Shown here: positions 29,830-41,540 of the stretch, piece after piece | Numbering within the stretch: position 1 is the first letter of the stretch | Layout of the letters: each line of letters starts with the position of its first letter | NCBI GenBank assembly: GCA_041550555.1 | Contig: JBFEOO010000012.1 | Span: 1,756 to 65,755, forward strand | Reading direction: 5' to 3' | DNA from: Arenicellales bacterium | Lineage (GTDB): Bacteria; Pseudomonadota; Gammaproteobacteria; Arenicellales; JBFEOO01 | Length of the DNA: 64,000 bases | Translations under genes and position numbers: made by a program | Notes under the pieces: model-generated | The model's input: the letters and a program-made list of their open reading frames with translations, nothing else | Told to the model about the DNA's origin: nothing | Database searches by the model: none

Positions 29830-30627
29830 ATGGCCGAGCTGCCGCCCATCGAGGCGGTCGTCGACATCGTGCGCGGCGCAGGCCAGAGCCTGCTGGGCGC
29901 GGGCGTGGCGGCGCTTCGCACCGGCACCAAGGACGACGGCAGCGTCGTCACCGAGATCGATTTGCGGCTGCAGCAGCACATCGCCGCAGCGCTCGAGGGC
30001 CGCTGGCCGGGGCTCGCGCTGATCGGCGAGGAGATGGAGCACCGTGAGCAGGTGCGCACGCTCGCCCAGGCCGCGAGCGGGTTCTGGTGTCTCGATCCGC
30101 TCGACGGCACCACCAATTTCTCGTGCGGTTTTCCGTTCTACGGCATCTCTCTGGCGTTCGTCAGAGAGGGTGAGTCCGAGCTGGCGGTAGTCTACGACCC
30201 CATACGCCAGGAGTGCTTTTACGCCCGGCGCGGGCAGGGCGCCTATCTGAACGGCGCGCCGCTGCGCTGTGGCGACGGCATGCCGCTGCGGCGATGCATT
30301 GCCAACGTCGACTACAAACGCCTGGTGTCGCGACTGGCGGAGCGGCTGGTGCGCTCCCCGCCGTACCGCTCGCAGCGCAATCTGGGTGCCAGCGTGCTCG
30401 AATGGTGTTGGCTGGCGGCAGGCCGTTTCCACCTCTATCTGCACGGCGGCCAGCAGCTCTGGGACTACGCGGCCGGGAGCTTGATCCTCGCCGAGGCGGG
30501 AGGCGCGGCCAGCGCCATCGACGGCGGCGCGATGCACTACGGCAGTTTGTCGAAGCGCGCGGTGATCGCCGCGGCAAGCCCGCAGCTGCTGTCGGCTTGG
30601 CGGGCCTGGGTGCGCCAGAGCCTGTAG
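29830..30627 (+). CDS. Inositol monophosphatase / FBPase superfamily phosphatase
   Basis: [27 protein letters not shown]. Confidence 0.9.
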   Translation: MAELPPIEAVVDIVRGAGQSLLGAGVAALRTGTKDDGSVVTEIDLRLQQHIAAALEGRWPGLALIGEEMEHREQVRTLAQAASGFWCLDPLDGTTNFSCGFPFYGISLAFVREGESELAVVYDPIRQECFYARRGQGAYLNGAPLRCGDGMPLRRCIANVDYKRLVSRLAERLVRSPPYRSQRNLGASVLEWCWLAAGRFHLYLHGGQQLWDYAAGSLILAEAGGAASAIDGGAMHYGSLSKRAVIAAASPQLLSAWRAWVRQSL

Positions 30628-30778
30628 CGCGCCGGCATCAGGCGGCGCCGCCCGCGCCGACGAGCGCGGTGGCGTCATGGTGTATGATCCGCTCGCGCAC
30701 GGCACGCGACCGACCGGCGGGATCGCCGTCGCGCCGGGCCAGCGAAACGCTTCACGCACTCCCGAGGAGAGACAGAGG

Positions 30779-32809
30779 GTGTCTGCACAGACCGGGCCGG
30801 GCGGGGTGAGCCGCCGCGACAAGGCGAATGCCGTCCGTGTGCTCAGCATGGACGCCGTCCAGCGCGCCAACTCCGGTCACCCAGGCATGCCCATGGGGAT
30901 GGCCGACATCGCCGAAGTGCTGTGGAGCGACTTTCTGCGCTTCAACCCCGGCAATCCGAGCTGGCCCGATCGCGACCGTTTCGTGGTCTCGAACGGCCAT
31001 GGCTCGATGCTGCTGTACGCGTTGTTGCACCTGAGCGGCTTCGACCTGCCGATCGAGGAGATCCGGCGCTTTCGTCAGCTGCACTCGAAGACGCCGGGTC
31101 ACCCCGAGTACGGGGACACGCCGGGTGTGGAGACGACGACAGGGCCGCTCGGTCAGGGGCTAGCCAACGCGGTTGGCTTGGCGCTCGCCGAGCACGTCCT
31201 GGCGAGCCGCTTCAACCGTCCGGGTCATGGCGTCGTCGACCACTACACCTACGCGTTTGCCGGCGACGGCTGCCTGATGGAAGGCGTCTCGCACGAGGCG
31301 TGCTCGCTGGCCGGCACGCTCGGGCTCGGCAAGCTCATCGTGCTCTACGACGATAACGGCATCTCCATCGACGGCGACGTCGGAGGTTGGTTCACCGACG
31401 ACACAGCGCTGCGATTCGAGGCCTACGGCTGGCACGTCGTGCGCAGCGTCGACGGGCACGACGCCGGCGCCGTGGCGGACGCCATCGAGCAGGCGCGCGC
31501 CGAACGCACGCGACCGACCCTCATCTGCTGTCAGACGATCATCGGCTGGGGGTCGCCGAACAAGCAGGGCAGCGAGTCGTGCCACGGGGCCGCGCTCGGT
31601 GACGACGAGGTGGCGCGGGTGCGCGAGAACCTGGGCTGGCGTTGGCCGCCGTTTGAAATTCCGCAGCCGATCTATGCCGCCTGGGATGCCCGCGAGCAGG
31701 GTGAGCGATTGGAGGCGCAATGGCGCGAGCGTCTCGAGCGCTACCGGACCGCCCACCCGCAGCTCGCCGAGGAGCTCGAGCGGCGGCTCGCCGGCCAGCT
31801 GCCCGCCGAGTGGGGGTCGTTCGCCGACGCGCGCGTCGGGGAGATTGCCCGGCAGGCCCCTGCGGTGGCCACGCGCAAGGCGTCGCAGATCGCGCTCGAC
31901 GCCTACGGGCCGCTGCTGCCCGAGCTGATTGGCGGTTCGGCCGACCTCACCGGCTCCAACCTAACGATGTGGAAAGGCTCGATCGTGGTGGGGCGGGATG
32001 CACCCGTCGGCAACTACGTGCACTACGGCGTGCGCGAGTTCGGTATGTCGGCGATCACCAACGGTCTCGCGCTGCACGGCGGCTTCATTCCCTATGCGGG
32101 TACCTTTCTGGTGTTCTCGGACTACGCCCGCAACGCCGTGCGCATGGCCGCCTTGATGGGTGTGCAGAGCATTTTCGTGTTTACCCACGACTCGATCGGT
32201 CTCGGCGAAGACGGTCCCACCCATCAGGCGGTCGAGCACGCCGCCAGTCTACGCCTGATTCCGGGGCTCTCCGTGTGGCGTCCTTGTGACGCCGTCGAGA
32301 CGGCGGTCGCCTGGCGTGCCGCGCTCGAGCGGCGCGACGGGCCGACAGCGTTGCTGCTGTCGCGCCAGAACCTGCCCCATCAGCACCGCGACGACGAGCA
32401 ACTCGCGGCAATTCGGCGGGGAGCCTACGTCATACGGGACTGTGACGGTATGCCCGAAGCCATTATCATCGCCACCGGCTCGGAGGTCGCGCTAGCCGTC
32501 GAGGCGGCCGCCGTGCTCGGCGACGGCGGGCACCGCGTGCGCGTCGTCTCCATGCCCTGCAGCGAGGCCTTCGCGTCGCAGCCGGGCGCCTACCGCCAGG
32601 CGGTGCTGCCCGAGGCGGTCACGGCGCGGGTTGCCGTCGAGGCGGGCGTCACGGCCTGCTGGGCCGGTCAGGTAGGGATCCACGGCACCGCGCTCGGCGT
32701 CGACACCTTTGGGGTGTCGGCGCCGGCCGCCGACGCCTTCGAGTATTTCGGGCTCACCGCGGATGGCGTAGTGCAGGCCGTCGAGAGAGTCATGGCGCGC
32801 ACGCGGTGA
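30779..32809 (+). CDS. tkt: Transketolase
   Basis: [47 protein letters not shown]; GAGGAG RBS before GTG 30779. Confidence 0.97.
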   Translation: MSAQTGPGGVSRRDKANAVRVLSMDAVQRANSGHPGMPMGMADIAEVLWSDFLRFNPGNPSWPDRDRFVVSNGHGSMLLYALLHLSGFDLPIEEIRRFRQLHSKTPGHPEYGDTPGVETTTGPLGQGLANAVGLALAEHVLASRFNRPGHGVVDHYTYAFAGDGCLMEGVSHEACSLAGTLGLGKLIVLYDDNGISIDGDVGGWFTDDTALRFEAYGWHVVRSVDGHDAGAVADAIEQARAERTRPTLICCQTIIGWGSPNKQGSESCHGAALGDDEVARVRENLGWRWPPFEIPQPIYAAWDAREQGERLEAQWRERLERYRTAHPQLAEELERRLAGQLPAEWGSFADARVGEIARQAPAVATRKASQIALDAYGPLLPELIGGSADLTGSNLTMWKGSIVVGRDAPVGNYVHYGVREFGMSAITNGLALHGGFIPYAGTFLVFSDYARNAVRMAALMGVQSIFVFTHDSIGLGEDGPTHQAVEHAASLRLIPGLSVWRPCDAVETAVAWRAALERRDGPTALLLSRQNLPHQHRDDEQLAAIRRGAYVIRDCDGMPEAIIIATGSEVALAVEAAAVLGDGGHRVRVVSMPCSEAFASQPGAYRQAVLPEAVTARVAVEAGVTACWAGQVGIHGTALGVDTFGVSAPAADAFEYFGLTADGVVQAVERVMARTR

Positions 32810-32929
32810 GCGGCCTCGACTGCGAGGCGCTCGCGAGCGCCTCGGCGCGCGATCGTTACCGGCATAACGACACCGCATCGAACACGATGGCTCGCCGCAC
32901 AGCATCATAGAAACCCAGGAGAACGAATC

Positions 32930-33943
32930 ATGGCGATCAACATTGCGATCAACGGCTTCGGCCGGATCGGGCGAAATATTCTGCGGTCGGTGTACGAAGC
33001 GAATCGCACGAACGAGCTCCGTGTCGTGGCGATCAACGATCTGGGCGATGCCGCAACCAACGCGCACCTGCTCAAATACGACACGGTGCACGGTCGCTTC
33101 GCGCGTGAGGTCGCGGTCGAAGGCGATGCCCTGCTGGTGGACGGCGATCGCATCCGCGTGTTTGCCGAGCGTGATCCCGCCAAGCTTCCGTGGGGCGAGG
33201 TAGGGGTCGACGTGGTGCACGAGTGCACCGGTCTTTTCACCAGCAAGGCGAAGGCCGGCGCACACCTCGGGGGCGGCGCCAAGAAGGTGGTCATCTCGGC
33301 ACCCGGCGGTAAGGATGTCGATGCCACGATCGTCTACGGCGTCAACCACAGCGTGCTCCGGGCGTCCCACACCGTGATCTCCAACGCATCGTGCACGACC
33401 AACTGCCTGGCTCCGCTGGTCAAGCCGCTGCACGAGCGCATCGGGGTGGTCGGCGGCGTGATGACGACCATTCACGCCTACACCAACGACCAGGTGCTCT
33501 CCGACGTCTACCATTCGGATCTGCGGCGCGCCCGCTCCGCCACGCAGTCGATGATTCCGACCAAGACCGGCGCCGCCGCGGCGGTCGGGCTCGTGCTGCC
33601 CGAGCTCAACGGCAGGCTCGACGGCTTCGCCGTGCGCGTGCCGACGATCAACGTGTCATTGGTGGATCTCACGTTCGAGGCGGCGCGCGACACCACTGTC
33701 GAGGAGATCCACGGCGTGATAAGGCAGGCTTCCGAGAACGAGCTCGCCGGCATCCTCGCCTACAACGATGCCCCGCTCGTCTCCGTGGATTTCAATCACA
33801 CGACGGCGTCGTCGACATACGACGCGTCGATGACGCGAGTGGTCAACGGCCATACCGTCAAGGTCTGTGCCTGGTACGACAACGAATGGGCGTTTTCCAA
33901 CCGCATGCTCGATACCACCGTGGCGCTGGTGAACGCGGGATAG
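32930..33943 (+). CDS. gap: Glyceraldehyde-3-phosphate dehydrogenase type I
   Basis: [24 protein letters not shown]. Confidence 0.96.
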   Translation: MAINIAINGFGRIGRNILRSVYEANRTNELRVVAINDLGDAATNAHLLKYDTVHGRFAREVAVEGDALLVDGDRIRVFAERDPAKLPWGEVGVDVVHECTGLFTSKAKAGAHLGGGAKKVVISAPGGKDVDATIVYGVNHSVLRASHTVISNASCTTNCLAPLVKPLHERIGVVGGVMTTIHAYTNDQVLSDVYHSDLRRARSATQSMIPTKTGAAAAVGLVLPELNGRLDGFAVRVPTINVSLVDLTFEAARDTTVEEIHGVIRQASENELAGILAYNDAPLVSVDFNHTTASSTYDASMTRVVNGHTVKVCAWYDNEWAFSNRMLDTTVALVNAG

Positions 33944-33956
33944 CACGGAGGCGGGC

Positions 33957-35162
33957 GTGGCAGTCATTCGCATGACGGATGTCGATCTCGGCGGGCGGCG
34001 GGTGCTGATCCGCGAGGACCTGAACGTGCCGGTTCAGCGCGGACAGGTGACGAGCGACGCGCGCATCCGCGCGGCGCTGCCGACCCTGCGCCGGGCGCTC
34101 GATGCCGGCGCCCGCGTGATGGTCATCTCCCACCTCGGCCGGCCCGTCGAGGGTGAGTTCGACGAGCAATTCTCGCTCGCGCCGGTGGCCGAGCGGCTCG
34201 CGGCGCTGCTGGGGTGCGAGGTGCGTTTCGTGCGCGATTGGCTCGACGGCGTCGAGGTGGCGCCGGGGGAGCTCGTGGTCTGCGAGAACGTGCGTTTCAA
34301 CCCCGGAGAGAAGTCCAGCGACGACGCCCTGGCCCGGCGCATGGCGGCTCTGTGCGATGTGTTTGTCATGGATGCTTTCGGGACGGCGCACCGCGCCCAG
34401 GCATCGACGTATGGCGTGGCCGAGCACGCGCCGATCGCCTGCGCCGGTCCCCTGCTGACGGCGGAGCTCGACGCCCTGGCACAGGCGCTCGAGGATCCCG
34501 CCCGTCCGCTGGTGGCCATCGTCGGCGGTTCCAAGGTCTCGACCAAGCTCACGGTGCTCGAGAACCTGGCGCGGCGCGTCGATCAGCTGATCGTCGGTGG
34601 CGGCATCGCCAACACGTTTATCGCGGCGGCGGGCCACGGTGTCGGGCACTCTCTCTACGAACCGGGTCTCGTCGGGGAGGCGCGGCGCCTGATGAGCGAG
34701 GCGCAGTCGCGGGGCGCGACGATTCCACTGCCCGTCGACGTGGTATGCGCGACGGCGTTGAGCGAGCAGGCCGAGACCACCGTCAAGACGGTCGACGGCG
34801 TGGCTGAAGCCGACATCATCGGCGACGTCGGGCCGCAGACCGCCGAGAGCTATGGCGGGCTGCTGCGCGGCGCCGGAACCGTTGTCTGGAATGGGCCGGT
34901 CGGCGTTTTCGAAATCGACGCGTTCGCCGGCGGCACGCGGGCGCTGGCCGAAGCGATTGCCGAGAGCGGCGCGTTCTCGATCGCCGGCGGGGGCGACACC
35001 CTGGCGGCCATCGACAAGTTCGGGGTCGCTGACCGGGTCTCCTACATCTCCACCGGCGGCGGCGCGTTTCTCGAGTTCCTCGAGGGCAAAACGTTGCCCG
35101 CCGTGGCGATGCTGGAGCAGCGCGCCGGCGAGTCACCGGCTGCGCGGACGCGGCGCTACTGA
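33957..35162 (+). CDS. pgk: Phosphoglycerate kinase
   Basis: [37 protein letters not shown]. Confidence 0.97.
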   Translation: MAVIRMTDVDLGGRRVLIREDLNVPVQRGQVTSDARIRAALPTLRRALDAGARVMVISHLGRPVEGEFDEQFSLAPVAERLAALLGCEVRFVRDWLDGVEVAPGELVVCENVRFNPGEKSSDDALARRMAALCDVFVMDAFGTAHRAQASTYGVAEHAPIACAGPLLTAELDALAQALEDPARPLVAIVGGSKVSTKLTVLENLARRVDQLIVGGGIANTFIAAAGHGVGHSLYEPGLVGEARRLMSEAQSRGATIPLPVDVVCATALSEQAETTVKTVDGVAEADIIGDVGPQTAESYGGLLRGAGTVVWNGPVGVFEIDAFAGGTRALAEAIAESGAFSIAGGGDTLAAIDKFGVADRVSYISTGGGAFLEFLEGKTLPAVAMLEQRAGESPAARTRRY

Positions 35163-35199
35163 TCCCGGCTCGATCTGCACCCTCTTTGGAGCGCGTGGA

Positions 35200-36636
35200 A
35201 TGCCGCGGCAAACGAAGATCGTCGCCACGCTCGGGCCCGCCACCGATGTCGAGGGTGTTCTCGACGACATGGTCGTCGAGGGTCTGGACGTCGCGCGTCT
35301 GAATTTCTCACACGGCAGCGCCGACGACTGCCGGCGGCGGGTCGCCGCGATTCGGGCGAGCGCCGATCGGCACGAGCGGCCGGTGGGCATCCTGGCGGAT
35401 CTGCAGGGGCCGAAGATCCGCATCGAGGGCTTCCGTGGGGGGGGCGTTACGCTGAAGGGCGGCGGGCGTTTCGTGCTCGACCTGCGACTCGATCCGCGCG
35501 ACGGCGACGAACAGCGCGTCGGCGTGTCCTACAAGGGGCTCGCCGACGACGTTCGTCACGGGGACACGCTGCTGCTCGACGACGGCAGAATCGTGCTGAA
35601 GGTGGAACGCGTGAGCGGCGACGCCATCGAGACACGGGTGGTGGCGGGCGGTCGGTTGTCGGACCACAAGGGTATCAACCGTCGAGGAGGAGGGCTGTCA
35701 GCCGCATCCTTGACGGAGAAGGATCACGCCGACATCCGCCTTGCGGGCGAGCTCGAGGCCGACTATCTCGGAGTATCGTTCGTGCGCAATGCGGCGGACG
35801 TGCAGACTGCCCGCGAGCTCTTTCACGCCGCCGGGGGCGAGGGCGGCATCATCGCCAAGATAGAGCGAGCCGAGGCCCTGGACAGCTGCGAGGAGATCAT
35901 CGAGGCCGCCGATGCCGTCATGATTGCGCGCGGCGATCTCGGCGTGGCGATCGGTGACGCGGAGCTGCCGGGTGTTCAAAAGCGCATCGTGTCGGAGGCG
36001 CGCGCGCGCAATCGCGCGGTGATCACGGCGACCCAGATGATGCAATCGATGATCGAGCACACTCATCCGACGCGGGCCGAGGTGCTCGACGTCGCCAATG
36101 CGGTGCTCGACGGAACGGACGCGGTAATGTTGTCGGAGGAGACGGCCGTGGGCCGACATCCGGCAGTGGTCATCGCGGCCATGGACCGCATCTGTCGCGG
36201 TGCGGAGCGCCATCAGGGCACCGTGCCCCGCGTCGAACGGCCGGTGACGGCCTTCTCCGACACCGAAGAAGCCATCGCAATGGCCACCATGTACACCGCC
36301 CGCAATTACGACATCAGCCTGATTCTCTCGCTCACCGAGTCGGGGGCCACGGCCAAGTGGCTGTCGCGGATCATTTCGGAGATTCCGATCTATGCGGTGA
36401 CCCGCCACGTCAAGACGCAGCGACGAATGACGCTCTACCGCGGCGTGTTTCCGGTAGCCTATGCCATAGGCGCCTCGGACGACCAACTGATCGATCGAGA
36501 GGTGGTGGCGGCACTGGCGCGTCGAGGCATGATGCGCGGCGGCGACCGCATTATCATCACCAAGGGCGATGTCGCCGGGCTCGCCGGGGGCACCAACACC
36601 ATGAAGATCGTGCGAGTCGGCGATATTATCGGCTGA
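35200..36636 (+). CDS. pyk: Pyruvate kinase
   Basis: TKIVATLGP, RLNFSHG, DLQGPKIR, ARGDLG, TATQMM, GGTNTMKI. Confidence 0.96.
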   Translation: MPRQTKIVATLGPATDVEGVLDDMVVEGLDVARLNFSHGSADDCRRRVAAIRASADRHERPVGILADLQGPKIRIEGFRGGGVTLKGGGRFVLDLRLDPRDGDEQRVGVSYKGLADDVRHGDTLLLDDGRIVLKVERVSGDAIETRVVAGGRLSDHKGINRRGGGLSAASLTEKDHADIRLAGELEADYLGVSFVRNAADVQTARELFHAAGGEGGIIAKIERAEALDSCEEIIEAADAVMIARGDLGVAIGDAELPGVQKRIVSEARARNRAVITATQMMQSMIEHTHPTRAEVLDVANAVLDGTDAVMLSEETAVGRHPAVVIAAMDRICRGAERHQGTVPRVERPVTAFSDTEEAIAMATMYTARNYDISLILSLTESGATAKWLSRIISEIPIYAVTRHVKTQRRMTLYRGVFPVAYAIGASDDQLIDREVVAALARRGMMRGGDRIIITKGDVAGLAGGTNTMKIVRVGDIIG

Positions 36637-36703
36637 CGCCGAGACAGGGCACCGCCGGCGGCCCTGCCCACCGGCCCCGCCGCGACACGACGCGGAGGCC
36701 GCC

Positions 36704-37588
36704 GTGACCGGCAGCGATGGACTTGGAGGCGCGCTCCCTTTGATTGCAACTGTTGAGCAGGGAACCCGCGGGGCCAACGGCGGCCCGCCGCCGTCCCCCG
36801 ACGCGGCACGGACCCCTCCCCGGGTCGGTCTTTTCGTGACGTGTCTGGTCGATCTGTTTCGGCCCAGCGTGGGTTTCGCCGCGGTGGAGCTGCTCGAGCG
36901 TGCCGGCTGCCGTGTCGAGGTGCCGGTGCAACAGACCTGTTGCGGCCAGCCCGCCTACAACAGCGGCGACCGGCGTCACGCCGCCGCCATCGCCCGTCAA
37001 GTGATCGACACGTTCTCCGAGTATGACTACGTCGTGGCGCCATCGGGCTCCTGCATTGGCATGCTCAAGGAGCATTTCGTGCCGTTGTTCGATGACGACG
37101 TGGAGTGGCAGCTGCGCGCCGCAAGTCTGGCCACGCGCTGCCACGAGCTCACCGCGTTCTTGGTCGACGTGGCGGGCGTCAGCGATTTCGGGCAGGCCTG
37201 CCCCGCCACGTGCACGTATCACGACTCCTGCTCGGGGCTGCGCGAGCTCGGGGTGCGGGCGCAGCCGCGTGCGCTGCTCGCCTCGGTGCAGGGGCTCGAG
37301 CTCCGCGAGATGGCCGATACCGACGTGTGCTGCGGGTTCGGCGGCACGTTCTGCGTCAAGTATCCGGAGATCTCCACACGCATGGTTTCCGACAAGGTCG
37401 ACAACATCGAGGCCAGCGGCGCCGACATGGTGCTTGGCGGCGATCTGGGATGTCTGCTCAACATCGCCGGACGACTCAGCCGGCGCGGCAGCGCCGTCCG
37501 CGTCTACCACGTTGCGGAGATTCTCGCCGGTCGGGCCGACGCGGCGGCACTCGGTGAGAGCGCCGCCGCCGAGGAGGTGGCGTCGTGA
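36704..37588 (+). CDS. lutA: Lactate utilization protein A (Fe-S oxidoreductase)
   Basis: FVTCLVD, QTCCGQP.YNSG, YHDSC, CCGFGGTF. Confidence 0.88.
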   Translation: MTGSDGLGGALPLIATVEQGTRGANGGPPPSPDAARTPPRVGLFVTCLVDLFRPSVGFAAVELLERAGCRVEVPVQQTCCGQPAYNSGDRRHAAAIARQVIDTFSEYDYVVAPSGSCIGMLKEHFVPLFDDDVEWQLRAASLATRCHELTAFLVDVAGVSDFGQACPATCTYHDSCSGLRELGVRAQPRALLASVQGLELREMADTDVCCGFGGTFCVKYPEISTRMVSDKVDNIEASGADMVLGGDLGCLLNIAGRLSRRGSAVRVYHVAEILAGRADAAALGESAAAEEVAS

Positions 37589-38994
37589 GGTCGGCGGCGC
37601 GCGAGTTCAGGGCGCGTGCACGGGAAGCGCTCGGCAACGCGTCGCTGCAGACCGCCCTCGACCGTGCGGGGGGCGGATTCGCCGACAAGCGCCGCGAGGC
37701 GGTGGCCGAGCTGCCCGAGTTCGAGCGGCTGCGTGCCCAGGCCAAGGAGATCAAGGAGCACACCCTGGCGCACCTCGATTTCTACCTGGAACGCTACGAG
37801 TCGCAGGTCGTCGCCAGTGGCGGTCACGTGCACTGGGCGAGCACGGCCGAGGAGGCCTGCCGAATCGTCGTCGACATCTGCCGAAACGCCGGCGCCAGCC
37901 GCATCACCAAAGGCAAGTCGATGGTCGGCGAGGAGGTGGCACTCAACGAGGCGCTCGAGCGCGCCGGCATGGAGGTCGTGGAGACCGATCTCGGCGAGTA
38001 CATCATTCAGCTCGCTCATGAGCCACCGAGCCATATCATTGCGCCGGCGGTGCACAAGACGCGCAGCCAGATCACCGAGCTCTTCCACGAGCACCATCGT
38101 CGCTTTGGGCTGCACGGCCGCGCCACCGACGTGGCAGCGATCGTCGACGAGGCACGCACCGTATTGCGCCAAGCATTCGTTTCGGCCGACGTGGGCATCA
38201 CCGGCGCCAATTTTCTGGTTGCGGAAACCGGCTCGACCGTGCTGGTGACCAACGAGGGTAATGGTGATCTGACGGCATCGCTGCCTCGCGTGCACATCGT
38301 TACGGCGGGCATCGAGAAGGTCGTGCCGACGCTTGAAGATCTCTCCGTCTTTCTGCGGCTGCTGGGGCGCAGCGCGACGGGGCAGGAGATGTCAGCGTAC
38401 ACGACTCTGTTCACGGGTCCGCGCCGGGCGGGTGACAGCGAGGGGCCTGAGGAGTATCACGTGCTGCTTCTCGATCATGGGCGCTCGACGATGCTCGGCA
38501 ACGAGTTTCACGACATGCTGCGCTGTATACGCTGCGGCGCCTGCCTCAATCACTGTCCCGTATATGGCTCGATCGGCGGGCACGCTTACGGCTGGGTCTA
38601 CCCCGGGCCGATGGGCTCGGTGCTCACACCGCTCATGGTGGGGCTCGGCGAGGCGGTTGACCTGCCGCAAGCCTGCACCATGAATGGACGCTGTGGTGAG
38701 GTGTGCCCGATGAGCATTCCGCTGCCGTCGCTGCTGCGGCGGCTGCGTATGCGGGCGTTCGAGCAGAACCTCGTCGGTATGCGATCGCGCTGGGGCCTCT
38801 CGGCGTGGGCGTTCGCAGCGCGCCGTCCATGGCTGTATCGGACGGTGGCCCGCAGCGGCTCCTGGCTGCTGCGCACGCTGGGCCGTCGGCGGGGCGCGTT
38901 GCGGCGGCTGCCCTTGGCCGGTGGCTGGACGCGGACCCGCGATCTGCCCGTGCCCGAAGGGCCGACCTTCCTCACGCAGTGGCAACGTCGATGA
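37585..38994 (+). CDS. lutB: Lactate utilization protein B (Fe-S)
   Basis: KGKSM, ETDLGEYIIQL, PSHIIAPA.H, CIRCGACLNHCPVY, YPGPMG. Confidence 0.92.
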   Translation: MRSAAREFRARAREALGNASLQTALDRAGGGFADKRREAVAELPEFERLRAQAKEIKEHTLAHLDFYLERYESQVVASGGHVHWASTAEEACRIVVDICRNAGASRITKGKSMVGEEVALNEALERAGMEVVETDLGEYIIQLAHEPPSHIIAPAVHKTRSQITELFHEHHRRFGLHGRATDVAAIVDEARTVLRQAFVSADVGITGANFLVAETGSTVLVTNEGNGDLTASLPRVHIVTAGIEKVVPTLEDLSVFLRLLGRSATGQEMSAYTTLFTGPRRAGDSEGPEEYHVLLLDHGRSTMLGNEFHDMLRCIRCGACLNHCPVYGSIGGHAYGWVYPGPMGSVLTPLMVGLGEAVDLPQACTMNGRCGEVCPMSIPLPSLLRRLRMRAFEQNLVGMRSRWGLSAWAFAARRPWLYRTVARSGSWLLRTLGRRRGALRRLPLAGGWTRTRDLPVPEGPTFLTQWQRR

Positions 38995-39680
38995 GCGACG
39001 CGACGAGCAGCGCCGGGCGTACACCATCGGCGCGGGATGCGATACTCGCTGCCGTTCGCCGGGCGCTGCGGCGCGACGGCGCGCTCGATGTGAGCATTGC
39101 GGCGGCCCTCGACGCGCGCCTGGCCGCGCATGCGACGCACCTCAAGCCGGCCGTGGGCGACGATCTCGTCGATCGCCTGGTGCGTAAGCTGGAAGCCGTT
39201 CACGTGAGCGTCAGCCGCGTTGACAATGCAGCGGACGTGGTCCAGGCCGTCGGCGAGCATCTGGCGGCGCACGGGCTGCCGCAGCGGATGGTGGTGGCGG
39301 ATGACCCCGTGCTGGCCGAGGTCGACTGGCCGCGAAACTGGGCGGTGGAGCGGCGCCCTGCGTGCCGCGACGACCGCGTCGCGGTCACCGGTGTCTTCGC
39401 TGCTGTGGCCGAAGCGGGGACCCTGGCCCTGGTGTCGTCGGGGGACACGCCGACCAGTCTCAACTTTCTGCCCGACGATCACATAGCTGTCGTCGGGCGC
39501 GGCCAGATCGTGCGTCACCTCGAGGACCTGTGGGCGCGGCTTCGTGAGCGGCTGCCGGGACTGCCCCGTGCGGTCAACCTCGTCACCGGGCCAAGCAAGA
39601 CCGCCGACGTCGAGCAGACCATGCAGTATGGTGCGCACGGACCGCGGCGGTTGCACGTCATTCTGCTCGAAGAGCGTTGA
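38991..39680 (+). CDS. lutC: Lactate utilization protein C (LUD domain)
   Basis: AEAGTL, TGPSKTADVEQ...GAHGPRRL. Confidence 0.88.
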   Translation: MSDATSSAGRTPSARDAILAAVRRALRRDGALDVSIAAALDARLAAHATHLKPAVGDDLVDRLVRKLEAVHVSVSRVDNAADVVQAVGEHLAAHGLPQRMVVADDPVLAEVDWPRNWAVERRPACRDDRVAVTGVFAAVAEAGTLALVSSGDTPTSLNFLPDDHIAVVGRGQIVRHLEDLWARLRERLPGLPRAVNLVTGPSKTADVEQTMQYGAHGPRRLHVILLEER

Positions 39681-39735
39681 GACTCCGCCGCAGCGCACAA
39701 CCGCACAGGGGTGAGAGACGGACACGGGACTGACC

Positions 39736-40257
39736 ATGGATAAGGAGCGGAAATCGAGCTACGCTCGCGACGAGCTGCTGGAATGCGGGCACGGTCGGCT
39801 GTTCGGCGCCGGAAACGCCCAGCTGCCGTTGCCCCCGCTGCTGATGTTCGACCGAATCACCCGCATCAGCGAGAGCGGCGGCGAGCACGGCAAGGGGGAG
39901 TTGATTGCCGAGCTCGACGTTCGGCCTGATCTGTGGTTTTTCTCGTGCCACTTCGAAGGTGATTCGGTCATGCCCGGTTGTCTGGGCGTGGACGCGCTGT
40001 GGCAGCTGCTCGGTTTCTATCTCGGCTGGCTCGGGGGACCGGGCCACGGGCGGGCGCTTGGTGCCGGCGAGGTGCGCTTTACGGGCCAGGTTACGCCATC
40101 GAACCGGATGGTTACCTACCACGTGAGTCTCAAACGGGTGATCATGCGTCGCATAATCATGGGAATTGCCGACGGTACCGTTTCTGTGGACGGTCAGCAG
40201 ATCTACACCGCCACCGATCTGCGGGTCGGCTTGTTTGCGGCGACGGAATCTATGTAG
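39736..40257 (+). CDS. fabA: 3-hydroxydecanoyl-ACP dehydratase/isomerase
   Basis: [36 protein letters not shown]. Confidence 0.96.
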   Translation: MDKERKSSYARDELLECGHGRLFGAGNAQLPLPPLLMFDRITRISESGGEHGKGELIAELDVRPDLWFFSCHFEGDSVMPGCLGVDALWQLLGFYLGWLGGPGHGRALGAGEVRFTGQVTPSNRMVTYHVSLKRVIMRRIIMGIADGTVSVDGQQIYTATDLRVGLFAATESM

Positions 40258-40268
40258 CGGGGGTTATC

Positions 40269-41486
40269 GTGAGAAGGGTCGTCGTCACGGGTATGGGCGT
40301 GGTGTCCAGCATCGGTCGCAACAAGCTGGAAGTGCTCGACGCGCTGCAAGCAGGCCGCTCCGGTATCGAATTCTGTCAGCAGTACGCGGATCTTGGCCTG
40401 CGCTGTCATGTTCACGGCGCGGTACACGTGGACCTCGCCGCGGAAATCGACCGTCGCCTGCGGCGCTTCATGGGCAGTGCCGCCGCGCTCAACTATATCG
40501 CGATGCGCGAGGCGATGGAGGACGCCGGGCTCGATCCGCAGCAGATTTCGGATCCACGCATCGGTCTCGTCGTGGGGTCCGGCGGCGCCTCGACCGAGAA
40601 CGTGGTGCTCGCCGCCGACACGCTCCGCGAGAAGGGCATACGCAAGGTCGGCCCCTACATGGTCCCGCGAACCATGTCCAGCACGACGGCCGCCTGTCTC
40701 GCGACGTCGTTCAAGATCAAGGGCGTTTCCTACTCGATAAGCTCCGCGTGCGCCACCAGCGCGCACTGCATCGGCAACGGCGCCGAGCTCATCCAGATGA
40801 ACAAGCAGGACATCGTCTTTGCCGGGGGAGGGGAGGAGGTGCACTGGACGATGACGTCGCTGTTCGATGCCATGGGAGCGCTGTCATCGAGTTTCAACGA
40901 TACCCCGACCACGGCATCGAGGCCGTATGACGCCCAACGCGACGGCTTCGTGATCTCCGGGGGCGGCGGGGTGCTCGTGCTCGAGGAACGTGATCACGCG
41001 CTGCGTCGCGGCGCGCGTGTCTATGCCGAGCTGATCGGTTATGGAGCGACTTCGGACGGTTACGACATGGTTCAGCCTTCGGGGGAGGGCGCCGCGCGCT
41101 GTATGCAGCAGGCTCTCGAGCACGTGACGGGGCCCGTGCACTACATCAACGCCCATGGCACCGGCACGCCCATCGGCGATGTGCGCGAGCTGGAAGCCAT
41201 CGCCGAGGTGTTCGGCCACGATGTTCCGCCGATCAGCGCCACCAAGTCGCTGACGGGACATGCGCTCGGTGCGGCCGGCGTCAACGAGGCTGTCTACACT
41301 CTGCTCATGCAGCAGCACGGTTTCATCGCCGCTTCGGCCAACATCGAAACCATCGACCCGCAAGCGGAGGGATTCCCGATCGTGCGCGAGCGCCGCGACG
41401 GCGCGGCGCTCACTACCGTCATGTCGAACAGCTTCGGCTTCGGGGGCACCAACGCGACGTTGGTATTCCAGCGCGAGGCGTCGTGA
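40269..41486 (+). CDS. fabB: Beta-ketoacyl-ACP synthase I
   Basis: [41 protein letters not shown]; follows fabA. Confidence 0.95.
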   Translation: MRRVVVTGMGVVSSIGRNKLEVLDALQAGRSGIEFCQQYADLGLRCHVHGAVHVDLAAEIDRRLRRFMGSAAALNYIAMREAMEDAGLDPQQISDPRIGLVVGSGGASTENVVLAADTLREKGIRKVGPYMVPRTMSSTTAACLATSFKIKGVSYSISSACATSAHCIGNGAELIQMNKQDIVFAGGGEEVHWTMTSLFDAMGALSSSFNDTPTTASRPYDAQRDGFVISGGGGVLVLEERDHALRRGARVYAELIGYGATSDGYDMVQPSGEGAARCMQQALEHVTGPVHYINAHGTGTPIGDVRELEAIAEVFGHDVPPISATKSLTGHALGAAGVNEAVYTLLMQQHGFIAASANIETIDPQAEGFPIVRERRDGAALTTVMSNSFGFGGTNATLVFQREAS

Positions 41487-41540
41487 CCGCGCACGGTGCC
41501 AAGGTGTCCTGGGCTGGCCGGGTATCGCGGAGCTGAACCC

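Noticed and set aside
36121-36150. Pyruvate kinase MLSEET instead of MLSGET/MLSAET
   Set aside because: A single substitution with all other catalytic motifs intact is not enough to infer altered function
39690-39712. FabR site upstream of fabA
   Set aside because: Only a degenerate half-site (AGCGCACA), with no dyad
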